A stretch of DNA of 64,000 bases from Octopus sinensis (lineage: Eukaryota): contig NW_021833266.1 in NCBI RefSeq assembly GCF_006345805.1, positions 13,528 to 77,527 of the forward strand. The letters are read 5' to 3'. The notes beneath the pieces were generated by a model that was given only the letters and a program-made list of their open reading frames with translations, ran no database searches and had not been told where the DNA came from. Below are positions 1 through 12,566 of the stretch, piece after piece. A program made the position numbers and the translations under genes. Within the stretch, counting starts at the first letter, position 1. Every line of letters begins with the position of its first letter.

Positions 1-382
1 TTTGTCAATTGATGAACGCATGATATTTGCTAAATTTAAATACTGTCGATATTAATCGAATTTTATGTTTATTTAATATTTATCACATCCCTAAAAGAGG
101 ATTAATTTCATAAGGTTTTAAACAAATCTTTCCTAAGTTTTTTCCAATATTTTAAAATTTCTTTACGCTGCTAATAATTAACTTGTAGTTATTATCAAAT
201 AGTTTTTTTTGGAAAAAAAAAATAGTAAAAATTTTTGTCATAAACTTTAGGACTGATAAATAATTGAATTTTTGATTGAATAAAACAATAATTAAAAATT
301 ATATTAAATTAAAAATATTTTAAACTTTAAAAATAAAAATAAATACAATAATTACAGCGTAACTGTCGCGTTATTCGTTGTC

Positions 383-3300
383 ATGAATTCAAATGAAGAA
401 TGTTGGGACAGATCGACCGTTCTCGATCCTACATGGGAAAGACAACAAAAACGTGTATAAAATCTAAAATCCTTATCATTCAAAAATAATGCTCTTATTT
501 ATACCTAAAATCCACTTATTAATAACTCATTTAATCCATTCTAATATTTTAATCATCATATTTAATTACTTATATTATCCCCTGAACTATTAAATTACCC
601 ATATTAAATTATGACGTTATTATTAAATTCCTATTTAATTTGCGGTCAAATTCCTTAAGATAAAATTCTTTTTTGATTATAACATGGACAAAAATTTCAG
701 TACATAAATTATTTTTATACAAAAATAACTTTGCTGATACATATTTTATTTTAATAGGCCTTCACTCAATGGTGTAACTCACATTTGAAAAAACTTAATT
801 TAAAAGTCGAATGTTTCGACACTGATTTTATGGACGGACGTCTTTTGATTAAATTACTCGAAGTGATCTCCAACGAGGGACTCCCAAAGCCGGAGACTCG
901 CGGAATGAGATTTCACAAAATTGCTAATGTCAATATGGCACTCGAATTTATTGAGAGTAAAGGAGTTCAAATTGGTCTCCATTGGGGCGGAAGGTGTTTT
1001 CTGACATTTAAAATAGAAATTGTGGACGGAAATTTGAAAATGACTCTTGGAATGATTTGGACGATAATTCTCCGTTTTGCAATACAAAATATTCAAGTAG
1101 AAGGTATTTTCTATACAACCAAACCACAGAGAGTTCTGCCAAAGAGGGACTCTTGTTGTGGTGCCAACGTAAAACCGCGGGGTACCGAGGAGTGGACGTC
1201 AAAAATTTCCATTCGAGTTTTAATAACGGAATGGCTTTTGGGGCTTTGATTCATCGCCACAGACCAGATTTGATTGATATTAACAGCTTTGACGTAATCC
1301 GACTGTATTACACGATTGTAGTGTTCTACTCCTCGCAAGAATCTAAATAATGCATTTTCCACAGCAGAAAAACACTTGGATATTCCCCGAATGTTGGACA
1401 CTGATGGTTTGAGTATTATTACGTAATCCTGAGACCTTTTACAACCGGGGGGTGCGGATGAGCATTCAGTCATGGCTTATGTCTCTTCTTTCTACCATCG
1501 TTTTACATCCGATCAGAAAGTTGGTTATTATTGACATTGAACTAAGGCTACGAAAGCAGCGGAGAGTGTCAGTTTGGCATTAAAGGTGAATCAAGAAAGT
1601 GAATCAATGATGGGAGACTATGAACGACTGAGTAGTCGGGTAGTCCGTTCATGGCAGTGACATTCAGTTACTTGATTGGATTCGGCAGACTATAAATTGG
1701 TTGAATAGTCGTCCTGATGAGAACTCGGTCGACAAGGCTCTCCAAATTTTAAATTCATATCAAAAATATGGACTGACAGAAAAGCCGTCCTACTATGCTG
1801 AGAAAATAGAATTAGAGACGGTTTACAACACACTCCAAACCAGATTAAAATTGGCGGGAAGGCCATGTTTTCTGCCAACTCAGGGGAAGCTCATTTCGGT
1901 AGTTGAGGTTGTGTTTATTTAAGGATATTGAACGAGAGTGGGGCAAGCTGGATGTGGCAGAACTGGGATTTGAGGATTGGATATTCCAGTTGATAGAAAG
2001 GTGTAAGTTCAGTCGACATGTTTAGATTGCGATTTCTGTCTCATTTGGTGAATAAATTTTACAAGCGTTGTGTGGCATACGAAGTGTGGCTTACTGATAA
2101 AATGACAGAAATGCCTAAAATCAAGCCACGGAGTATCACCGTGGGGAATATAAAGGTATTCTGTCCCGTTAGGTCTTTCAGCCAATGCTCAATATGGCAA
2201 AGGCAGTGAACGAAGCACTCAGAAGGGAGGACCAGGGGAGTGACCCTCTCAGAGAAATTTCCGAAATTGCAGCCTTTCTTAGGTTTTTCTACTCTTTTAA
2301 TGGCCAATAGGGAACAAGGGTATTACGACATTGCGAATATTGACAAGACTGAGAATAAGTTGATAGAACAGCACTCCCTTTTATATAAGACTAGTCAGAC
2401 TGTGATTAGTCGACTTGAGGTATGGATATTGGCTCTAAATTAGAATTCTCAAACTATTTTGGAAAAGGCCGACGTACTGCTCATGGAATATGCCAAGCGA
2501 GTAACGGTTAGTATGTTTATATATATCAATTATAGGCCTTCAAAAAGTGGTTGGATTCTGTAAATGAGGACATGGAGGACACCCACATAGTCAATAACGA
2601 GGACGAGGCACTGCAATTGCAGACATCCCATCGAGAATTCGAACAAAGTCTCCCATCTGCCAAAGCTCGATTGGATCAAATTCAGTCACTTGTTACAGAA
2701 ATAAGCAATTTAAGCCAAGAATCGACCATTTCTCCTCTGACGGAGACAGTCTACACAGTCGTCAGTATTAAAGTTGTGTTTATTCAGTAATTTCCGTAGT
2801 CCGTTGTGGCCGCCTTCGACAAAATGAACAAACTGCGAGAGGAAAGATCAAAAGAACTCGAAAGGGAGGTTCAAAGTCAGAGATATGTATTTCCTCATAA
2901 TTGAATCACAAAGATCAAAGAGATCAAAGAAGACTTCCGCAACTCCTCAAAAGCAACAAATGAGTGGATTATAAGGATGGCAGGCGAGGTGAAGAAGGTC
3001 GAGCAAATTGGATCGAGTGACCTCCAGCCTGAGTTGGACTACCTGATTCAATGTGAGCAAAAAGTAGCCGAATTTGAGCCCCAGTTGAGTATTCCAGAAA
3101 GGCATTATCAAGTATAAAGAACTGTGTTTACTCAAACATAGAAAATTGTGGATGTGAATGTGTTTGACACACGAAATTTGGGTTATAGTATTCAAAAGTT
3201 AAAAATGGACTACGAAAAACTCCGGTCGTACATTTCAGCCCAGTACAGGGAAATAGAGAAGGAGAGATTAGCCAGAGTGGCTTCGACCGGAGTGTCTCAA

Positions 3301-3795
3301 GAGGAGATTGAATATTTCCAAGCCTCATTTGCCCATTTTGATGCCAACAACGATCACAAACTCAACTTTGAGGAGTTTCGCAGCTGTCTTATTTCAGTGG
3401 GATATGACCCTGCTACTGTGGAGAATGTATATTGGTATTGTAGAGTGTAGGACACTGCTTTCGCTGATTTAATGAAGAGGTTGGACAAGGATAGGATGGG
3501 GTATATCACATTCAGTACATATCTCGAGTTCATGAAGGATATTAACGAGTCGAGGGAGACTGTGGAAAATCTCTGCAATTCGTTTCGTGTGTTGGCCAAT
3601 GGGAAAGTAGGCCTTTGGTGGGATTATTCATAGCCTTACATAACTGAGAAACTACTGAGGGATAATTTGGAAAGAGAACAGGCTGATTATTGCATTAGAA
3701 ATATGTCTCCTTACAGTGAGCCCACTGATGAACCAAACCCCTTGGATTATGTCTCTTTTGTATTTTCGCTCTTTGGAGGATCCAGTGACTTGTGA
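383..3795 (+). CDS. ACTN: Alpha-actinin (CH1-CH2, spectrin repeats, EF hands), multi-exon
   Basis: Exon 1 [24 protein letters not shown] splices (455-757) to [12 protein letters not shown]; [22 protein letters not shown]; [14 protein letters not shown]; EF hands [24 protein letters not shown]; ends [17 protein letters not shown]. Micro-introns e.g. 994-1016 (23 nt), 1104-1129 (26 nt). One +1 indel at ~971. Confidence 0.96.
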
Positions 3796-4205
3796 TAATT
3801 CTTATGAACGCAAAAACTTATCGCCTATATTAATTGTTGTCTACTAATTTACTGTCGGATTATATTTAGATAAATTTGTTTCTAGTTTTTTGGTGATTTT
3901 TAGTGTCAATTTTGTATTGCGTAATATACTTTGTGTTTGCACTTGATATTTTTGTCACATGCAAACGTAATATAATTTATAGATACTTGGAATTTTTATT
4001 TTAAAGATGAATATGATAAAGAAATTTTGGGGATATTTTTTGATTTTCATAAAATTTAATCAGTTCAGGTTCAATCAAAACAATTTTTTATTGCAAAAAA
4101 TATTTTAGCAAATAATCAACAAATCATTGTCGTATCATAATTAATTGTGACAAGCGATCTATATATAACAGGATTATTCGATATAGATATTATTACAACT
4201 GATTT

Positions 4206-6345
4206 ATGCTTCCTAAATCTGACACGGCTGCAAGTAAACAAACCTTTGGTGAGAAATACCGACCAAAGTCTCAAAATCGTACAACTCGTCTTCTGAACCC
4301 GGCTAGTTCTTTCAGCATGAAACATGGCCCAGAAAACCGTTTGAACGTTAAGAGTATTGAATATGGATTTGGAGTATCTCAAAGACCTTCGCAAATTCAA
4401 ATTCTGAAGTTGAATTGTTTAAAAATTCGAGAATTCAAGAAAAAACTGAAATGAAAGAACTCAACAGCCGTCTTGCCCATTACATCGAAACATCGAGATA
4501 TAATGAATCTGAAAATAAACGACTAATGCAGGAACTTCAAAGAATCAAGGAAATAGTCGGCAAGGAGAACGACTCTATCAAAAATATGTACGAAACTGAA
4601 CTAAGGCAACTGAGGACTTTGCTCGACAATTCCGAACAAGAAAAAATGAAGCACATATTAACAACCCAGACCGAAAAAGATTCCTTCAACGAACTTTTGG
4701 AAATGTTGGTTTTTTATTTGTATTAAGAATTGTTTTGTCACTCGCTTATCAATATTAACTTTTTTGGAAACATTTAGGACTAACAATCACGCATTTGATA
4801 ACATCCACACTAATGGCACTTTATTGACGTAAAAGATATATTTAGACTTTATTACGATATTTTATTTGCTTTAATTAATTTAAAGGTTAAAAGAATTTGA
4901 AGAGTTGGAACGAGAGCTAAAAGAAAAAATTGAAAGCAAAGAAAATGACCTTTTAAAATGCGAAAGCGAAGTTTCGATGCTTAAAAGACAAAATTCCAAA
5001 CTTTTAAGTGAAAGACAACGCGAAAAAAACAAAATTGAAAAAGTCAGAGCAGATCTGGCTCGTGTAAAAGCCGTAAATAGAATTCTAAATTAACCTTAGG
5101 ACCTTGCAAATGAAACGTTGACTCGAATCGACATTCAAAACAGATTTCAGTCGCTTTGTGAAGAACTAGAATTCATTAAAGATATTCACAAAAAAGTACA
5201 TTCTACCTCAAACTACATATCTGTAGGAAATCAAAGACCTTAGTGACGTAGCAAAAAACAGCCCAATTGGTCAGTGCCGTGAGTGGTGGGCTAATGAGTT
5301 CTCCAACTGCATAGCCGAAATTCAGTCCGAGTATGATGAAAGACTGAGTTCAATTCAGAATGAAATGGAGTCATTTTATACTTGCAAAGTGATTTTTATT
5401 CGAATTTCAATCTTAAGATTCAAGATGTTCAATATGGACAAAATAAAAATATTGTAGAAACCGGTCACATAAGAGATCAGATCTCATCAATAAAATTTGT
5501 AAATTCTGATTTGAAGACAAAAAACAGTCTAATAGAACAAGAAGTTGAGTCTAACATTTGTCGTTATTTATTTTAGAAAGCAATTCTCAATGCTCAAAAC
5601 AATAATCTAAAACGAGAACTAAGTGAACTGCATTTAGAGTTTGACAAAATGATAATCGAAAAAAATACGGAAACTGAGGAAATTAGAAATGTTATGGAAA
5701 AAACTCTTTTGAACTACAGACAATAACCGACCACAACATGTCACTTAAAATGGAAATCCTGGCATACAGAAAACTGATTGAATGTGAAGAAAAACGGTAA
5801 ATTTATTATTTAAACTATAAAACAGTAATGATGGAAATAAACAATCAACTCTTTCATTGCCTCGACAAGACTCGAGAATGAGTTATAAACTAAAATAATA
5901 TTTTTGTAGAACATTCTTCTCCTGTGAAGCGTTCAACCTACCAAAAAAGCACCAAAGGTCCCATAACAATAAATTCTTGTGATGTCGACGGAAAATACAT
6001 TTCAATCGAAAACTTAAATCCAATGAAGGTATATTTAGTTATTTTATTTAAGGACGAAAAATTTGGTGGATGGAAGATAATTCAGACAGTCGACGACCAT
6101 GAGGTGCATAGTTATACTTTTGGTGACTACACTCTCAAAGCGGGGTCAAAAATGAAAATTGTCTGTGAGGGGACCAATCCAGAAAGTAGTACCGATCTCG
6201 TTTGGCATCATAAGAGTAAATTGGCCATCGGAGATTGTGTAGTCACGTCGCTTGTAAATGACAAAGAAGAGGTTGAGTTAATTCTTTATGTATTGAGTAG
6301 GAGAAAGCTGTTTACACGCTCAAGACTATTCATAGTTCTGATTAA
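4206..6345 (+). CDS. Lamin-type intermediate filament protein with lamin tail domain, no NLS and no CaaX (cytoplasmic IF / nematocilin-like)
   Basis: Coil 1A SRIQEKTEMKELNSRLAHYIE; long coil 1B; rod end EILAYRKLIECEEKR; LTD KRSTYQKSTKGPITINSCDVDGKYISIEN; after intron 6272-6300 ends EKAVYTLKTIHSSD*. Probable -1 indel near 4381. Confidence 0.85.
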
Positions 6346-6457
6346 CAATAATATCAAAATGTAATATTAGTTGATAATTAACTAATTAATAATATCAATT
6401 TAATATAAAATTTTTTAATTTACAAAATAATATATTTCTATTTAACGTGCATAATAA

Positions 6458-7391
6458 ATGTCTTCTTGTGACGTTACGAGATTCTCAGAAATTATACTTG
6501 ACACAACCAGACCAATTTCCGAAAGATTTTCAACTCTGCTTAAACTAGGAACTATTCCAGGAGAACAAAAAATCGAAGCAATATCAAAATTATTTTCTGA
6601 TAAGTCAATTCTTCTAAAACACGAATGTGCCTATGTTTTGGGACAAACACAAAATCCAACCGCCATACCAGTTCTCATCAAAAACCTAAAAGATGAGGAC
6701 CAAGATGTGATAACAAGACACGAATGTGGTTTTCTCTCTTCAAAATAATTCCAAGGAGAGGCATTAGGGGCCATCGGATTATCAACCCCCGAAGTTATTT
6801 GTGCCCTTGAAATATACTCGAAATCAGATTTGATTGAAGTTTTATATTTAATGGACTGTAGTTGGCAGAAACGTGTCAATTGGCTCTTGAAAGATTGAAT
6901 TTTGTGAAAAGTGGAGGATCAAAGGGACCTTCCGATTCATATTATTTGTCAATAGACCCGGCATATCCCTTTGATGATGGACAATATTCACTGGGAGAAC
7001 TCGGAGACATTCTTTTGGATGACAAGGAGGATCTCTATCGAAGATATCGTGCGATGTTTTCGTTGAGAAATATAAATTCTGACGAGTCGGTAAAAATATT
7101 AAATTTGGGTTATTTTTTGTGAATTTACAAAAAGGTTTAAAATGTGGTTCTTCTCTTTTTCGTCATGAAATTGCGTATGTTTTGGGACAGCTTCAAAATG
7201 AATTGTCTATTGATGCTTTGAAGGAGAGCTGTGAATGTGAGTTGGAGGCTCCGATGGTTCGGCATGAAGCAGTTGAGGCATTGAGTTCGATTGGTCTCCC
7301 ACGGGCTATGGATGTTCTACGGGGTATTCTAAAGTCTGATACTACTGAATCTGTTGTTATTGACAGTTGTCTTGTGGGATGTTCTTTGTGA
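6458..7391 (+). CDS. DOHH: Deoxyhypusine hydroxylase
   Basis: Four HEAT-repeat His-Glu motifs: LLKHECAYVLGQ, ITRHECGEALGAIG (spliced), LFRHEIAYVLGQ, MVRHEAVEALSSIG; SIDPAYP linker. Exact C-terminus uncertain. Confidence 0.92.
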
Positions 7392-7749
7392 TTTCTCCTT
7401 ATATTGTTGACAATAATAATTGTTTGCTTTATTTAAATGGAAAATAATGAATTCACTCGGAGTTGTTTAGCTCATATTTTATGTTTGGAAAAATCTGAAT
7501 TTGTTTAATTAATAATAAGGATTCTGAGAGGCAACGTCTTCTCGACCATAAGTAGTTTTAGATTAAAACTAACGTAAAAAAATTCTGACATTAAAAAACA
7601 ATTGCATAATCAGTATTGTTAAATGGATAAAAATTTGGCATTTGAATAGAAATTAATTAAATTAATAATTCTGTTTTGTTTTTTATTTTCGATAGAATTA
7701 TAAATAAGTATAATTTAAAAATCCTAGAAAAAAAACAGACCTTATAACG

Positions 7750-7823
7750 GCCCCGGTAGCTCAGTTGGTTAGAGCGTCGTGCTAATAACGCGAAGGTCTA
7801 GGGTTCGAGTCCCTGTCGGGGCA
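7750..7823 (+). tRNA. tRNA-Ile(AAT)
   Basis: Cloverleaf GCCCCGG/TCGGGGC acceptor, anticodon loop CTAATAA, T-loop TTCGAGT; T6 Pol III terminator at 7825-7830. Confidence 0.96.
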
Positions 7824-8989
7824 GTTTTTTGTACTTTAAATAATTTTATTTTTCTACATTTTTAGTCAAATAACCAATATGATTTTTTCAATTTTTTGAA
7901 TATGTTCTAGCATCTGCTTTGTTTTAGATTGTAATAAACGTTATTTTTGAGAAAGTTTAATCCAGCACTTCTCACTTAGTAAGAACTTTTTTCTTAGCGA
8001 CGAGATACTTTCCAATAAGATCAGTTGTTTTCATATAAACCTCAATGAATTAATTTTCTTAAATAACTCATTTTGCAACCAGTTTGTCCTATCTCATTGT
8101 ATATGGAATTACAAGAGGTTTATGATGCCCAAGAAACTAATAATCCACTCATTCCTATCTGTTGTTGAGAATGGTTTGAGAAAAAAGCAATCAATGCAAT
8201 ATTCGCTTTGCCGTACTTAAAAAGAAATTGGAAAGCACGCATGTTAAAAAACGCTGACATCAGAGCCCAACTACAAGATACCTCCTAATTTGAATTGCAG
8301 ATAGATAACCATAAACAATTATCCATTATATCTACTCTTGCTATTTCTAGAGAAAAATGTGGTTCAGAAAAGCACAAATGAATGAATTTTTTTTTCAAAG
8401 TTTTTTTGAAAATAAAAGAAAAATGTTTCCATTATAAATTTTTATCTCAAATGTCTGAAATAATTTGACATTGAGAGCACTAATTAATTTTTGATTTTTT
8501 GTACTCTGATTTTTGAAACTATATGGGCACAAAGTGTCACACTTTTCGTCAGTGAATTTTTTCGTTTCATATCAGTTTGGACCTGATATAGTTTGATTTT
8601 AGCGAGTTTTCTCTTCATTGACTCTTCTCAGTTACTTTTAAGTCAAGTCTTGTTGATAAAGCCTTTATATGCGCATTTTCCAGCATAGATGATATTTAAA
8701 TTTAACAGAGTAGGTATCACAATGAATTTGGATGCTTACATTTAATAATTTAAAATAATGGAAATAATAAACTGACAATTCTTTTTTGATATGACTTTAA
8801 TCACATTCGAACAAAACATTCCAATAAGATGGGAAAATCAATTTACTATTTTGTAAAACTGAAGGGAAATTACGATAATGAAACAAATTTGAAGCATAAT
8901 TTTATTAAGGAAGCATTTAAATCAAAAAATTTTTATTTTTCACATATAATTTATAAAGAGATTGGTCTTTTCATATCAAATAGCAGAAT

Positions 8990-9460
8990 TGCTTCGTCAC
9001 GGGGCACTCAACGACGTCATCTCGAGAGCACTCAATGCTGCCGGTTTCCCGAATGTACTTAAACCAGTCGGTTTGGACAGAGGGGACGGCAAGCGCTTCG
9101 ATGGATGACAACCTTCCTATTTCGAAATGGCAAATGCCTGATCTGGGACGCTACGTGCACAGACGCTTGGTCCCCATCGGCAAAACTCTCATCAGCATCA
9201 TCTCCTGGATCGGCCGCGGCTTTGGCGGAAGACCACATGTCGAGAAGTACAGACAACCCGCCGCACAACATTCCTTTGTCCCTTTGGCTTTCGAGACCTT
9301 CGGACCGCAAACAGCCAAGTTATTGAAGGACGTCGAACTCCTTATCGCGAATTCCTGGACGTAAATCCCCCTGACTGAGACAAAGGATTTTGGCTACGCG
9401 AAAGCTATCCGTTTGACCGGGACATAACCGTTCTCTGGCAATGCTCGTAGATCGAGTTCT
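8990..9460 (+). mobile_element. CRE-clade non-LTR retrotransposon, RLE endonuclease 3' fragment
   Basis: Across frameshifts: [56 protein letters not shown]. Confidence 0.8.
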
Positions 9461-10079
9461 TCTTTCCTTGCGGACTTTTTTATTTTCACTTTTAAAATGA
9501 TTACATTTGGCTGTAATAGCAGAGTTAACTACCCAACATGGGTATCTCCACACACTTGGTGAAAATATTGTTATTTCTTCTTTTAAAATTTCGTTAAAAA
9601 TGTGCAAAAATCGTTCAAAGATAATAAAAACACCACTCTCAGTAATAATACAGTTCGTTCGAAAAATTGACGAAATTTCTATTCAAATTGAGGACATATT
9701 GTGTGATAAATTGAGAAGAATTAAATTTTTTGAAAATGCTGCTTTTTCTCAAAACATTTATTTATGTTGAAATCAGAAATAAATTCCCATTTTCATAATT
9801 TAATAAATATTCAAATTCCACGATGAATCTATACTATTCGAATCCATAATGTACTGATCTGGAATCTAAAATCAAATATTTCGACACATATTTGTGTTCA
9901 GAACTAATTGCGATAATGGACAACATCGAGAGTGATATATCCAGAGTTATCCTTGATTTCGAATTCCTAAATTATAATTCGTGGACCAGAATAAAAACTG
10001 CCCGTGATCTCCACTTAATTCATCGATTTTTACAATAAAAACATTAAATTGATTTGTAATTGATTTGTAAGGATTTGTA

Positions 10080-10345
10080 ATAAAGAAGGAATTGAAACCA
10101 ATGGTTCATCGCTTTTGGAGCACAAATGATCGGATTTGTGTTCTTCAGATCAACATGAATAAGCTTTTCCCATCTAAAAGCTTACTATCCATTATAAACG
10201 TATACGCACCCCACAGTAGATGAATTGAAAAAGACCCCACTGAGATAGACTTGTTCTACTCTTGCCTCTCTGAAGCTTATTCTGAACTTGTTCGCCAAAG
10301 TGGGATTACAAAGAAACCCGGATGAAACCTTCATGGGAAAACACA
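10080..10345 (+). mobile_element. RTE-like LINE apurinic endonuclease remnant
   Basis: TNDRICVLQIN..LLSIINVYAPH..FYSCL; degenerate. Confidence 0.55.
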
Positions 10346-10599
10346 AATATGAATCAACCCCGTCAATTGAATTAACGTTGCGCGTTGTTATTCTTATTGT
10401 TCTCTAATCTTTTATTTCTTTCTCTAATTTCCTTTCATATTAATTCTAATTCTCTTTCATATCAATTCTTATTCGTAGGTGTTATTTTATTTTATCAAGT
10501 CAATTGTATTTTATCAAGTCTCTATCATCCCCTTATTTTTTTTTCCCAGTAATCCTTTCTCAATCCATTATCTGTTTCGATGTTGTATTCTTTTATGCA

Positions 10600-10860
10600 T
10601 TTTCCTAATCCTATTCCCAATCCTGTTTCTCTCTGCATCATCTGCAACATGATTAACAAAAGGAAGAGAGGCCGATCTTGCTCCTCTTGTACGCAGTTCT
10701 TTTATCTTTCATACGTTTCTCTAACTCGCCGAACGTCAGAACGCCTTCCAACCTGGGTCTGTCGCGCCTGCCTTTCTGACGCCTCATCATTGCCATCCCC
10801 TCTTGCGATTTCTGGGTCTTGCCATTCTCCTAATTCCTTCCCTTTTCCCGATTCCATACC
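10600..10860 (+). mobile_element. PHD-like zinc-finger fragment, probably the 5' region of a non-LTR (CRE-like) element
   Basis: CIIC..CSSC..WVCRAC; similar to KTCVSC..LCSSC on the minus strand at ~21330-21400. Confidence 0.5.
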
Positions 10861-10879
10861 CAGCACATTGAAAAAAAAC

Positions 10880-11345
10880 TAAAAAGTCTGCAGATTGAGT
10901 GTCTTTTATCAGCTATTAAAAAGAAAACTCTCCATTCAAAATGATAATGAGACTTTCGATATAGAGACATCCTCAAAATGGATTGTTCTTTCTTCTGCAG
11001 GACAGGAATATTTTCTTCCGCGAGCTGGGTTCGAAATGCCGACATTGCAAAACTTCTAAAAGGACAGTCGACCAGGCGATATAACGAAATTGTTAAATAC
11101 ATACACATGCATCTATGCAGAAAAGTTGGATTCAAAAAATCAAAAAGGTTAAAGACTCACTCTATCCAAAGCGTAATTACCAACGATCGTGATGAAATAC
11201 GAGATGACACTACTATCCCTATCGAATCAAAAATTCAATATAACAAGCCGGAAATTTTCCTATACAACAAAAAATTAAACCAGATATGGCTAATAGAGAT
11301 TGGAGTGACGTGTGTGGATAATTCAAAAGCAGTTGAAATCATAGA
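10880..11345 (+). mobile_element. R4-like non-LTR retrotransposon C-terminal (CCHC/RLE) fragment
   Basis: RRYNEIVKYIHMHLCRKVG..KRLKTHSIQSV..YNKPEIFLYNKK..LIEIGVT; homologous to the 21593-23386 ORF C-terminus. Confidence 0.8.
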
Positions 11346-11718
11346 CTTATAAAGAAGATGGAGAATTACACCATTATCAATGACAAGTACTGTAAATTTG
11401 CAATAAATTTACAGACTTTATCTTAAATCTAGTGATCCCAAGTTAGTCATATCCCTCGATAATGAAACCGAAATGGAGCTTGTGGCAAAATCATTACATG
11501 AGTTTTCACATGGAGGAGTAAATAAAATTGAATATGAATGTCGACAAAGATATTTTACTGTCAAGAATGACATTATCAGAAAAGTCAGTCGAAATTGTGA
11601 AGTTTGCAAATTTTGACGTCCTTTAAAAGTTCAAGATTTTTTGTAATTGTAGATTGGAGATATAAATCACCATGTGTTTGCTTCTTGTCCAAATGAATGT
11701 TTTCAAATAGACATAATA

Positions 11719-12566
11719 TGTCACATGCCCTGTTCGTTACCATGCCCCGCTCGTTACCATTGCTCTAAATTTTTAAAATTTCAATTTAAAATATTAAATG
11801 ATTGAAATATATTACTTATTAATTTAAAAATTAATATATTATGGATTTTTATTTTTCAATGCTTAAACCATTTCATTAAAAAACATAAATTAAGCATGCT
11901 GTTTTATCTCATGGTTATGGTTAGGGTATAGGTTAGGGTTAGGGTATAGGTTAGGGTTAGGGTGAAGGTTAGGTTTGGGTGAAGGTTAGGTAGGGTTAGG
12001 GTGAAGAGGGAATGGTTGGGTTTAGGGTTTGAAAAAATTTAAAGTAGAATTTTCGAATGGAGATACAAAGATTGTTCACATGAAAAGAATCAAAAAAGGA
12101 CAAATTTAATTTTTCGTTTTAAATTCAGATCTATATATGATTTTAACTAAAAAAACTGGATAAAGTTTGAGTTTTTATAAGAGATCTACAGATGATTTTA
12201 ACCTATCTTTTTACATTTCAAAAAATGTTTTAAATAAAACTAAAAAATGGTTAGAGTTAATTATAAAAACTATCAAATTATGTGCCTTTAAAGCGTTTCA
12301 CACAATTCACATTTTTAAAATATGTTTTAATGTGCTTATCAGTCAAAGGTTTGTTGTATAAAAATATTATTTTAATTTATTTGTTTTAAAGCATCTTTTA
12401 GTATATCATTAAATTGTACTCTAATTAACTAATATATAGGTTGAATTTATGTCGTTGTGATTGATTATTAATTTTTCTAAAAAATTGAAAATTCATTAAT
12501 CAATTATTTCTCAGAAATAATTCGGAGGTAAACGAGTGGGGCATAGTATCCCTGAGGCATGTGACA
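11719..12566. mobile_element. 848-bp non-autonomous TIR element (TGTCACATGCC...GGCATGTGACA)
   Basis: About 40-bp imperfect TIRs; flanks TAATA/TTATA (5-bp TSD, one mismatch); its removal restores the integrase reading DII-NLK. Confidence 0.87.
11913..12031 (+). repeat. Interstitial telomere-like (TTAGGG/GGTTAG variant) array
   Basis: ggttagggtataggttagggttagggtataggttagggttagggtgaaggttagg...; lies inside the 848-bp element. Confidence 0.88.

Noticed and set aside
3953-3962. TGTCACATGC as another Ginger-like terminus
   Set aside because: The match stops after 10 bp, with no partner end or internal sequence.
7900-8800. Minus-strand membrane-protein gene downstream of tRNA-Ile
   Set aside because: Hydrophobic peptide fragments only; no coherent exon chain or recognisable family.
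11913-12031. True telomere or chromosome-fusion scar
   Set aside because: Short, degenerate, single orientation, and enclosed within a TIR element with a TSD.
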